Shown: in pieces, positions 52,426 through 62,257 of the stretch | Position numbering within the stretch: position 1 is the first letter of the stretch | Layout of the letters: the number at the start of each line of letters is the position of its first letter | Assembly (NCBI GenBank): GCA_963745835.1 | Contig: CAVUZH010000008.1 | Location: forward strand, 64,001 to 128,000 | Source of the DNA: an uncultured delta proteobacterium | GTDB lineage: Bacteria; Desulfobacterota; Binatia; UBA9968 | Direction of reading: 5' to 3' | DNA: 64,000 nucleotides | Program-made: the position numbers and the translations under genes | The notes under the pieces: generated by a model | Databases searched by the model: none | The model's input: the letters and a program-made list of their open reading frames with translations, nothing else | Told to the model about the DNA's origin: nothing

Positions 52426-53426
52426 ATGCAGCGAATTACAAACAAAATCGATTATTTGTTGATTTTGGGGTTGATAACGCTTTTTGGACCCTATTATCTG
52501 CAAGCCGCAGATACCGATCGCATCGCGACGAGAAGTAGCTTTTACAACCACCGGAGCAATACAGTTACCCTTCTATTTGGCGAAGGAGACCGGCCTCTTC
52601 AAAAAGCACGGTATCGACGTGGAAGCCATACTGCGCAGGAAATATCGCCATGAGAGCTCTGGCTGCCGGGGAAGTGGAGGTCATTGGTGGGTCGGGAGCA
52701 TTCCCGATTGTAGCGTCGCTGCAAGGCCTCGATAATATAATTATAGCAGCGAGCCAGAAGTTTTTGGATTATCAGCTGCTTGTGCTTCCTCGCCTTGAGA
52801 AACCGACGGATTTGATCGGGAAGAAACTTGGTATAAGCACATTTGGCACGGCCTCCGATTTTGCTCTTCGCGACATTTTACTTCAAGTGGGAATAGATCC
52901 GGCGAAGGTAGCCATCGTGCAAACTGGAGATACATCTGCGCGACTCGCATCTCTTTTGTCCGGGAACATTGACGGGACCATCCTTAATCCACCAACATCG
53001 TTTATGGCCCGAAAAAGGGCTACGAATTCTCTTGGACAGCAGTGAACTCCGGATGCCTTACATGGAGGAGCGGTCATTACACGAAGGCAGATCATCAAAG
53101 ATTCGCCGGAAAAACTTAGACGTTTCATGAGAGCCTACATAGAGGCTACTTATGTTTTTAAGACCAACAAGGAAATTTCCGTTTCAACACTACAAAAATA
53201 TAGCCGACTCGGGGACGGCGAGATACTCGATGAAACCTATTCCTACTATGAAACGCAATTCCCCTTGCTTCCGTACCCCTCGCGCGAGGGCATTGTAGCT
53301 ATTCTAAAATCTATTGCCTCAAGAATTCCTTCGGCAACCGATGCCAAACCAGAGTCGTTCATCGACACGCGCTTTGTTGCCGAGTTGGAACGAGATGGGT
53401 TTATCGCTCGGCTCCCTGGCAAATAG
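52426..53426 (+). pseudogene. NitT/TauT (NMT1-like) ABC substrate-binding protein with several frameshifts
   Basis: Fragments LPFYLAKETGLFKKHGIDVE / ALAAGEV..GKKLGISTFGTASD / YPSREG..FIDTRFVAELERDGFI in three frames. Confidence 0.82.
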
Positions 53427-53486
53427 CCGTATGCAACCAATGCAACGTAGTCCTGCATAGAGCAGCCAAATACTTCTTTATGCTCC

Positions 53487-53690
53487 TCAAGGGGTCTGCC
53501 GATTTTTGGGTAATAGCGCCTTGCTTTTGAATAAGGTGATCTGCTTTTCATTGTGTCTTCTCTTTTTCTCCGCAATGACCTCTCCCAATTCGCAGACTTT
53601 TTCCCAATTCAACGCGCCGGCTTCGATCGCTTCAAAAATGTCCGCCGCGTGATCTTGCCGGCTTTGCTCCTCGGAAGCGAGCACAACCTA
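53487..53690 (-). pseudogene. Near-C-terminal fragment of an ornithine cyclodeaminase/mu-crystallin family gene
   Basis: SEEQSRQD..DI..AIEAG.LNWEKV.ELGEVIA...QITLFKS. Confidence 0.65.
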
Positions 53691-53836
53691 AAGCCGACCG
53701 GCACGGCGGCTTATCTACTTAACAATCGGCGGCTTATTTCGGCCAGACCATCTTGAAAAGCCGGGCAGGATTGAACTGATCGACGCTTCAATTCAACTGG
53801 CTAATTTAATAAGGAGTGGCGCCGTTGATGAGCAGT

Positions 53837-54260
53837 CTAGAAGCCCCGCTACTCCCTCGCCGCTTCATGGGAATTTATCATCTCGAGATCCGCTGAACTT
53901 GGCGTGTCTCAGGTGCATGTCAGGCGTCCATTCGGTAAACTCGATCTGCGCCACTAGCTGCGGTTTTAGCCAGACAGTTCTTCATTTCTTGGCGGGTGAG
54001 CGAAAACTGCGTGGGTTTTTTCTACGGTAGGTTAGCGAAACGGGCAATTGGTGATCTCCAATCGTTTCAACGTTTGCCAGACTTCCCGACGCACTCGCGG
54101 CACGAAGCCGATTCTGACCTTAGCTGCATAGATTAGCTTATCACCGTCGCAGTAGCCGACGATCACTGCATACAGCGGATTGGCCGTCGTATATCCGCCG
54201 ATGACAAATTCCTGTGACTTGTTGACCTTGTATTTCAGCCATGCGCTGCTTCGCTTGCCG
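53837..54260 (-). pseudogene. Degenerate 3' fragment of an ATP-dependent DNA ligase (second copy)
   Basis: GKRSSAWLKYKVNKSQEFVIGGYT...LIYAAKVRIGF. Colinear with 56050-56457, including the downstream TAGACTGCTC tail. Confidence 0.85.
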
Positions 54261-54408
54261 ATGTCGGTCAGAATTGACGCTCCCTTTCACAAGCGGCTTA
54301 TGCTGAATTCTGCTTGGGAGGGTGTTTAGTTTGACAGCGGCCCTTTCCCTAAGATAGGAACAGTCTTCGTTGGTAGAAAAAGAAAGAAGGAACACGAGTG
54401 GAGTTATC

Positions 54409-55437
54409 ATGTTAAATGGCAGGTTTTTTGTTATTGCGATCCTCGCCTTGCTAATCAGCACTTCGCACGTGAATGGTACTACAGCTGCTTCTATAGACGA
54501 ACTCGTCGCCGCCGCCAAAAAGGAAGGACGTCTGAGTTTCTACGCTCCATCGACGTTGACTCCAGCAGGTGCAAAAGAACTAGCGGCTGCGTTTAACGCA
54601 AAGTTTAATACAAGCATAGACGTTACATATTTTCCCTCCGGCAGCATGACTGCCGATGTTGGTAGGCTTGTTTCTCATGCCGCCACAGGCGTCCCCCCAG
54701 AATGGGATCTCTTAATCATTATAGACGCGCTCCACGGTCCATTGTGGCAAAAAAAGCTCCATGTCCAATATGATTATCGAGCACTCGGTGTAGATGCCAG
54801 GACGATTCATTATGATAACGGCACGATTTCAATCGCTAACCAAGTCGTGTTACCAGCATACAATCCAAAGACCTTATCTGAGAAGGAGGCACCCAAAAGG
54901 TGGGAGGATCTGCTTGACCCAAAATGGAAAGGCAAGATTGGAGTTCCTACCGCCTCCGGTCAGATCGATTTTCTCGCGATTTTATGGGGTGAGAAGAAAT
55001 TCCTAAATTTTGTACATGCGCTTGCCAAGCAGGAACCCTTACCAGGCAAACTGGCCGAACTTGCTACGCGACTTGAGATTGGTGAGCTGCTAGTGGCATC
55101 AACTCTCACCGACAGCTTCATTCACCGGGCCAAACGAACTGGCAGTCCGATCGTGCATGCCCAGGTTCAGCCGGTTATCTCCCCGGCATATCATGCAGGG
55201 GTGCTCAAAGGCGCACCTCATCCGAATGCGGCACATCTGTTCGCAGTATTTCTGACAACTTTGGAGGCCCAAAAACTCTGGGAAAAGTACGGCGGTCAGA
55301 GTTCGGCATTCATTCCGGGAACAGCAACGCACAGTTATGTCCAAGGAAAGTCGGTCATATACTTATCTCAGAAAGATGTTGGACTGGTGAATAAGATGGT
55401 GGCGGAAATCGGCAAAACGCTTGGTTTTCGTCCATAG
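54409..55437 (+). CDS. Extracellular solute-binding protein (Fe3+/AfuA-like ABC SBP)
   Basis: Signal peptide, AAAKKEG.L, AYN, PKRWEDLLDPKWKGKI, APHPNAAHLF..F. Confidence 0.88.
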   Translation: MLNGRFFVIAILALLISTSHVNGTTAASIDELVAAAKKEGRLSFYAPSTLTPAGAKELAAAFNAKFNTSIDVTYFPSGSMTADVGRLVSHAATGVPPEWDLLIIIDALHGPLWQKKLHVQYDYRALGVDARTIHYDNGTISIANQVVLPAYNPKTLSEKEAPKRWEDLLDPKWKGKIGVPTASGQIDFLAILWGEKKFLNFVHALAKQEPLPGKLAELATRLEIGELLVASTLTDSFIHRAKRTGSPIVHAQVQPVISPAYHAGVLKGAPHPNAAHLFAVFLTTLEAQKLWEKYGGQSSAFIPGTATHSYVQGKSVIYLSQKDVGLVNKMVAEIGKTLGFRP

Positions 55438-55500
55438 CGCACGCACCATATCGCGTGAATGGTAACGCGGACGTCGGTACAAAAAAGAAAGGAGATTCAA

Positions 55501-55914
55501 ATGGCAAAAAAGACACTCAATCCGGAGGGGATGCCGGTTCCGCGCGGCAGCTACTCTCAAGTGGTTATTTCTAAGCCTGGTCGCGTAGTGTTTATTGCAG
55601 GAAATACTGCCAGCGATCCCAGCGGCAACGTAACTGGACTTGCCGACGTGCGCGCTCAGACGCGTTATATTCTTGAAAAGATCAAGATGGGAGTTGAAGC
55701 AGCAGGCGGAACAGTAGAAGACATTGTTTGCATGAATGTGTTTTCAACGGACGCACGGTATCATTCGCAAATAAACGAAGTCCGCAAAGAATTTCTCGGA
55801 CGTGATTTCCCAACGAGCACCATGGTTCAGGTCGTGGCACTTGCCCGTCCGGAGTTGCTACTTGAAATCAATGCAATTGCGGTCGTACCCGAATCGGCTG
55901 TCAAGGACAATTGA
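55501..55914 (+). CDS. RidA/YjgF family protein
   Basis: YSQVV, VFIAG, INEVRKEF, PTSTMVQVVALARPELLLEINAIA. GGAG RBS. Confidence 0.92.
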   Translation: MAKKTLNPEGMPVPRGSYSQVVISKPGRVVFIAGNTASDPSGNVTGLADVRAQTRYILEKIKMGVEAAGGTVEDIVCMNVFSTDARYHSQINEVRKEFLGRDFPTSTMVQVVALARPELLLEINAIAVVPESAVKDN

Positions 55915-56500
55915 AGCGAACCCAGGGAACAGCTTGCCGAATGTAAGGTGTAAAAAGTACCGGTTCAGTACTTCTCAATGATTACGTTACAAGATTGAAC
56001 CGTAAATGCTCACTTTAAGTGGGCCGAAGTGGCATCATTGAGGAGCAGTCTAGAACCGTGACCCCTCCCGGACAACTTCACGCGGGTTTTTATCATCCCG
56101 CAATCCAACGAACTTCGAGTGCCGCAGGTGTCCATCCGGTGTCCACTCGGTGAACTCGATCTGCGCGACCAGCTCGCGGCTTTAGCCAAACGCAGTTCTT
56201 CATTTCTTCACGGGTGAGCGAAAACTGCGTGCGTTTCTTCTCTGGCAGGTTAGCGAATGGGCAACTGGCGATCTCCAATCCTTTCAGCTTCTGCCAAACT
56301 TCACGGCGCAATCGTGGCACAAAGCCGTTTCTCACCTTGCCAGCGTAGATCAACTTATCACCGTCGTAATAGCCGACGATCAGCGCATCGAGCGGATTGC
56401 CGGGCGTGTAACCGCCGATGACGAACTCCTGTGATTTGTTGACCTTGTACTTGATCCTCTGTTTGGCCGTTCACTCACGATCACTCTGAACCAAAACGGG

Positions 56501-56520
56501 GTGAATATCACGATATTCAC
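56501..56520. promoter_or_regulatory. Perfect 9-bp inverted repeat (operator-like)
   Basis: GTGAATATC-ac-GATATTCAC. Confidence 0.45.
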
Positions 56521-56734
56521 ACGAGTGCGGAAGCGCAGTCACCTGCATCTGTCGCCAGCGGTTTAATCGTCAGACCTTTCAAAAATGTAATCTTTCGGAA
56601 GGCTTCCAGCAACGTTGTTTTGTTAGTTTACGGCCTAGTCGAGATAGCTCCCGATATTTGCGGGCACATTACGAACCGCCAGCGACGCGGCAAATATGCT
56701 CGACCCTGAGTTTTAGGTTATCAAAGATTCTAAA

Positions 56735-57499
56735 TTGGACGCAATTAAAGTGGCGATCTTTCGAGGCATCGATAGTCCAACATTCGCAACTTCCGGGTTT
56801 GTCTTATCCATCCGCCGTTTCCGCCGATATTTGCCGCTGCTCGTGGGGGTGATTATTCTTGTTGGGCTGCGACCGCGGTCATGGCAAGATGAATTTTTGA
56901 ATAGTCTGACTACTTGGATCGGCATTGCATTCTGTGCCCTCGGGCAAGGATGGCGGTTATGGGCATGGGGGAGCAATGCCAATGCCGGAAAGCGCGCAGT
57001 TCGCAGTCGCGGTCCCTATGCTCTGATGCGTCATCCGCTTTATACCGGGAATTTTTTTATTCTCCTGGGCGTTACGGTGAGCTTCAACAATCCCTGGGCC
57101 TATTTACTTTTGCTAGTTCCGTTTGCGTATCTTTACCATCTCATCACCAACCTTGATGAACGACGGATGAGTGAACGTGTTGGCGTTGCCTATAAGACCT
57201 ATACGGAGGAAACTCTGTCGCGATTTCTACCGCAATTTAGGAATCTCAAGCGGGCCAACCGTACGACAGTGCCGTTCAATTTTCTGTACGCATGGCGCAA
57301 GGAATACAACTCCATCTGCGCATGGCTGGCGGGTGTCCCAACGCTCGGAATATATCGTGATGCCGTGACTTACGGCTGGGAGCAAGCATTATATGAAAAC
57401 CCAATTTCGTTGGGTGTCAGCGGGTTTTGTGGCGCTCTTGCGATTCTACTGAATGTGCGAAGGCACATCGGTCGAAAAAAACGATTACTGAAGCATTAG
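56735..57499 (+). CDS. Isoprenylcysteine carboxyl methyltransferase / PEMT family membrane methyltransferase
   Basis: RLWA.G, GPYALMRHPLYTGN, DERRM...Y..Y...RFLP. The start position is uncertain. Confidence 0.85.
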   Translation: MDAIKVAIFRGIDSPTFATSGFVLSIRRFRRYLPLLVGVIILVGLRPRSWQDEFLNSLTTWIGIAFCALGQGWRLWAWGSNANAGKRAVRSRGPYALMRHPLYTGNFFILLGVTVSFNNPWAYLLLLVPFAYLYHLITNLDERRMSERVGVAYKTYTEETLSRFLPQFRNLKRANRTTVPFNFLYAWRKEYNSICAWLAGVPTLGIYRDAVTYGWEQALYENPISLGVSGFCGALAILLNVRRHIGRKKRLLKH

Positions 57500-58454
57500 A
57501 AAGAACCGACAATGCGCCACTGCGCTTTCCCGATTCGTAGCAGGAGTCTTTACGCTTGGCGATCACTCCCTCAAAGCCAAACTCTTTGACGACTTGGATC
57601 AGTTCGGCAGGCGTTGCGTCGATGCTCTCGGATAACGCAATTGACGATGCGTTTCGGGTGAGCGGTTTCATTATGTCGCTCAGCACTTCACGTCGTTTCG
57701 AAAGTGGTTCGTTGAGCAGATTGATCCCGCGATAAATCAGGACATCAAACGCATAAAACAACAATGCTTGTGCTTGCGACCGATGATGTTGAAGCAGGTT
57801 GAACGAGATACGCCCGTTCTCGTCAATGGCTACGATTTCGCCGTCGAGCAGTGTGCGCGGCGGGAGCTGTTCACATGCTTTGGCGATGTTCGGGAACTGC
57901 GCCGTGAAGTCATTGCCGCGCCGAGACCACAACGTCACTCCTGTGGCGTCTTTGCCAGCCAAACAGCGATAGCCGTCGAATTTGACTTCATAGAGCCAGT
58001 CGTTGCCATTCGGGTAGCTGCTGGACGAGCTGCGCGTACATCGGTTCGACGAACTGAATCGTAGCCGCTCTCGCAGCGGAGTTGGACTTTGCTTTTGGCA
58101 TTTCGCGGGAGGGTTACGACGTGAAAAGCGCCCAGGCGATTTCGTAGCCGCAGATGGCGCAGCGCCCGTGGATCGGCTGGTAGCCACTATCGCTTGGCTT
58201 TGCGATGACTACCCCAAAGTAGTTGCCGCATTTGGGGCAGTTTCTGGCGAGGTAAACGGCCATGTAAGTACAAGTTTAACTCTGCTGGCGGTTTCTCTCA
58301 ACCTGAAGTCAAACCGGAAGCTCTTTGAGCATTTAGTCAGGGTTCTGACTTGGTGTTCGAGTTTACATTCCCATTACCAAGCCGTTCGACAAGAAGCGGT
58401 AGACCCGCCAACCACGCTGTGAAGAGGACAAGGTTTTTGCTAAGCTTCTTGGCT

Positions 58455-58565
58455 ATGAATTTCTTTAAAACAAAAGTCTCCGTTATTTACGCAATCATCC
58501 CTGCGATAGGTTGGGTCTTAACGTTTCTTTCGGTATGGGTGTTTTCTGGGAACGAACAAAAATAG
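58455..58565 (+). CDS. 36-aa single-TM small protein
   Basis: MNFFKTKVSVIYAIIPAIGWVLTFLSVWVFSGNEQK*. No clear RBS. Confidence 0.3.
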   Translation: MNFFKTKVSVIYAIIPAIGWVLTFLSVWVFSGNEQK

Positions 58566-60158
58566 ATTTAGTGAATTTAGTAAATCGCGGGACGGCTGGG
58601 GTGAAGCTTTACGCAGAAAAAGGCGCGGCGGCGCTTGAAGATTTATCCCGCCCTGAAGTAGCTAAGAGGTTCCGCTGACCGAGTTTGGCAAGCAAAGATG
58701 GATGGCTTGAATGCCATCGAAAAACGCATAGCTCAAGTAGAAGGCCGAAAGGCAGTCATGTACGGCAGACCGAATCGGTCTCTGTTAAGATGAACCGACG
58801 CACTACCTGCAATGCGCGATCCTGAAAGATCCACTGGAGAGCGTAATATTTTCACCTTCACCGTATCCGGCAAGCAGATTAATGACGCATATTGCCTTTC
58901 ATTTCAATGTATTATTACCGGCTCTAACTTTTTTTCCACGCTCTGTATTGTCTGCAATCACGTCGGAAAAGTTCGCTCAACATTCGTTGCATTGTGGAAA
59001 AAGCATTGATGACTTCGAGAGTCGCTTTTTGCTTATCCAAATAACTTTGCGACCCACAGTATCCAAGCATACAACAAAAACAGCTCATAATTTTAGTAAA
59101 CATAGTAACCTCCTAACAGAGCCCATGCTTTTGCAGAAGGTGAGTTTGAAACGCAAGCGGTTCGGCAAGGTGGTGGAGATAAATCATTTGAGAAAAACTG
59201 CGACGGCGTATGGTATACGCGAGACGTAAGCCCGGAGGATAATAGTGCCCAACGAAGCCGCCTTTTCACTCGAATACCTCTGCTGAGATGCGAATTTCTC
59301 ACGATTGATCAAATATTTTCCAGTTTCCCAGAACCTAAAACTGCGCTGGACATACGCATTCTGGCGTACGCCAGAATATCAACGGAAAATGAAAGTGCAA
59401 CAAGCGAAAGGTGCATCCGAAAGTGCTCTCGACACGATCCGGAATCATGGAGATACGAACAGGCCTTGATTTATAAAAAAAGAAAGGCGAGGGCTCATTA
59501 CAGAGAAGTATATACGCAAAGCCCATAGCCTGTTTGTACCGGTTCACTCAGTTTCACGTTTGGAATTGATGATAATGATAAAAGCTGGGAAACAGGAACG
59601 AATGGCTATTCGCCGTATTCTCAACCGATAAAGGATTAGCCATAGTTCGCGCGGAAATCGAGAAGGAGGAAAAGAGAAACGCCGAGAAGCACGAAAGCAT
59701 TGGCTCCATTGGCCGTAGCGGCGTTTATCTGACGGTATGATCTGTATATCATCGGCTTCTTCTTCGTATTAGACAAATAACGTCGCGCAACGTCAATGTC
59801 TCAATAATCCCGTACAGGTCTTAAGATTATGGTTTCGCGTGGGCCGGTTGCGATAAGATTTGTCTAGTAACAAAAAAGAGCGCATACATATTGCTTATGG
59901 ATCTCGGTCTGATACTCAGCATCGCCTCACTTCTAAAGACATCATTGTCTTCGCCTACCCGCTTTATAAAAAAATCTAATTTTGGCAATCGCATCCAAGT
60001 TGGCGTTCATGTTTAATCAACGCCACAACAAAAAAGCCCGTCGCGGGGCGATTTTGTTCTCGAATAGATGTTTTATATTCTAGTCGGCCAATTCCACTCG
60101 CATGGACCATCGCCTTGCTTGAGAGCTGGCTGAATAATGAGCCTTTGTCGGTGAAGAC

Positions 60159-60416
60159 GTGATGAATCAAATGCAACGAAAGCTCTTTCTTATTTTTTTC
60201 TTGGTGTTGGCAGTCTTGGTCGGGAGTCTGACCGCAATAATTTCATATCTAATCTATCGAGGTGATTTAGTGAGGTACGGAGATATCTTTGATCGTATCG
60301 CTTTGGAGCAAATACAGGGCGGGGGTAAGCTAGCCGTTTTTATGATCTTTGGAATTACTCTGATGGCAATTCTGGTGATCATCGGTCTCTGGAAATTCTA
60401 TGGGGGTGACGCGTGA
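60159..60416 (+). CDS. Small two-TM hypothetical protein
   Basis: Two strong hydrophobic helices in an 85-aa ORF. Confidence 0.5.
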   Translation: MMNQMQRKLFLIFFLVLAVLVGSLTAIISYLIYRGDLVRYGDIFDRIALEQIQGGGKLAVFMIFGITLMAILVIIGLWKFYGGDA

Positions 60417-60929
60417 AACGCGTGTTAAGAATAAGCGGGTGAAGTAGGGCGACAAGATCATATGCTTGCGATCAGACACCTTCGTGTACGTCCTAATGGG
60501 CGCCTAACAATAGTAATTTCGGTTCTCGGCAGTCGCTCAGCAGAGAAAACCATCGTTTTCGCACCCTCTTTGATAGCATGACTGGGCATTAAGGTTAGTC
60601 TTCTGCGTGCGTCTTGATATGCTGCCTGACTATTACATAATAAATATGTTTGAGCTCCAACACCAGCCAGCTCACTTCACAGGAATCGTCACACGGCACT
60701 TTACACATGCCCGTTCCGGCCACTCACCATCACACCCACGGCCACCAATCACAGGCCGTCCTATCAGGCTAGTATGCGCACGGCCGTATCGTTAAAATGT
60801 TCGGAACAAGTATGGTTGGTTGCTGACCGGCGAGTGACAGTTTTTGCTACGTAGCGACATTCGTCAAGTTCGGAAATTCAAGATTTACTTCAGGCTACTG
60901 TATTCTAGGCAAGGGGAGAAATCCGGGAG

Positions 60930-61232
60930 ATGTCCGACGTTACCATTCGAATCGTAGATCTCGATTACGCCGATCAACAGATGCAGTCTGGGAAGTGGAC
61001 TTTAGTATCCCTGCGGAAAGGTGAACAGCATTTCTCATTTCCATCGCCAACCAGGTATACCGGACTTTACAAGCCGCTGTATTCGTTTAAGCCAGGTCCA
61101 GACCAGGTTTCTCGGCGATTTAACGTCTTCATTTTTGCGCGGAATGTGGCACTTTACACAAAATATTCGACTACGGCGTATCGCTACTGGATGGACAGTT
61201 GCAGTACGCGTAGTAGCGTCCTTCTACGATAA
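60930..61232 (+). CDS. Hypothetical protein
   Basis: GGAG upstream of ATG, no recognisable motif. Confidence 0.3.
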   Translation: MSDVTIRIVDLDYADQQMQSGKWTLVSLRKGEQHFSFPSPTRYTGLYKPLYSFKPGPDQVSRRFNVFIFARNVALYTKYSTTAYRYWMDSCSTRSSVLLR

Positions 61233-61391
61233 GCGAAATCGGAATAGTGCTTGAAGACATAGATCGCGCCTCACCAAAGGATATAATTAAGGCGAGGTAT
61301 TAAGGCGACGAAAAATTGAAAGACTTAAATTAGAGTCGTATAACAGTCGCACAACCTGCATTATGCGACCATACTCGAATCGAGGTAGTGG

Positions 61392-61791
61392 GATGGCCTT
61401 TACTATCGACCAAATTAAGACATACCGCCGTTGGTTTGGATGGGGGTTTGTCGGATCATTTTTAGTGTTCGCGATTCTATTAGCTGTTGCGCTGATGCCG
61501 GCGGCTCCTAGTGGTTATACTCTACCTGATGATAATAGGATGTCGCCACCGCTTAAGGCCGAGATGGTGCTGGCACTTGGCTTCTTTGTAACTTCTCTTA
61601 CAACGCTTATCGGATTCGTAATTACCACGATTATTATGTGGCGCAAAGAACCGATAAAGAGTAACCACGCGAGTATTGAGTTGGAGAAAAAGCAACCAGC
61701 GCTTGACAAACTTCGTCGAGAGATCGCCGATAAAAACGCCGCTGCTCAAGAAAAAAGGAAGAAAACGACTAAGCCAAAGCGCGTCGTTTAA
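61392..61791 (+). CDS. Hypothetical two-TM protein with basic coiled C-terminus
   Basis: GAGG before ATG GCC TTT (ORF track start 61363), two TM helices and a charged tail. Confidence 0.55.
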
Positions 61792-61901
61792 TCTTCCCAC
61801 GCCGGTCACCGGAGGTGCTGAACTACGGCCACAGGGACTCCCAACTCGGTTTACCGGGTTTTCCCGTCCTAAAACAACGATTTTGATCGTTTGCTTACAA
61901 T

Positions 61902-62257
61902 CGAGCGATTTCAAGTTTCACAGCAAAGACCCCTCTTTGGCTTCGACCGGCACGCCGGTCAGTTTGGCGCCTGCGCTGAGCGGAAATCCGCGGGGGCGCT
62001 ATCACCTGCTAAGGATCGGCGGAGGAGCGTTAAACTGATGCGGTTAAACACCGGCCTCCCTCTTTGCGAAATGACGAGCATGAGTGTTTCAGACGGACAC
62101 CATCCATGGACTAAAAACTTTTCGCATAATGCCCTCTTTTCGAAGCAACGATCGAGAAGAGCCGACATGCCGAAATAAGGATCCCAATCAATCGCCCATG
62201 GGCGACATTTTGAACTCCTGAACCGTGACCATGTTATGCAGCGTATTCACCAAGCGC
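61902..62257 (+). repeat. Direct repeat, copy 2; includes an orphan copy of the last 44 codons of the PLC-like gene
   Basis: SDFKFHSKDPSLASTGTPVSLAPALSGNPRGRYHLLRIGGGALN* is identical to the end of 46913-50029. Confidence 0.95.

Larger units (their letters stand above)
56458..57511. mobile_element. Single-gene insertion cassette inside the ligase gene, with no transposase and no target duplication
   Basis: Removing 56458-57511 restores GGC GCA T|GG ATC AAG TAC (G-A-W-I-K-Y) on the minus strand. Confidence 0.7.
56050..58101 (-). pseudogene. ligD: ATP-dependent DNA ligase (LigD ligase-domain type), split by a 1054-bp insert and carrying frameshifts near 58009 and 56175
   Basis: MPKAK...FVEPMYAQLVQQLPE / GNDWLYEVKFDGYR (adenylation motif), LDGE, AFD, EGVIAKR..Y.SGKRSGA | WIKYKVNKSQEFVIGGYT...FTEWT..G.LRH..F.GLRDDK. 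Confidence 0.88.

Noticed and set aside
57417-58187. 256-aa ligase ORF as an intact gene
   Set aside because: Its true N-terminus (MPKAK...FVEPM) is in another frame and its C-terminal half lies beyond the insert, so it was treated as part of a split pseudogene.
61676-62038. 120-aa ORF ending in the PLC-like C-terminus as a real fusion gene
   Set aside because: Its N-terminal part overlaps another ORF out of frame, with no RBS or signal peptide. It is best explained as chance read-in to the duplicated tip.
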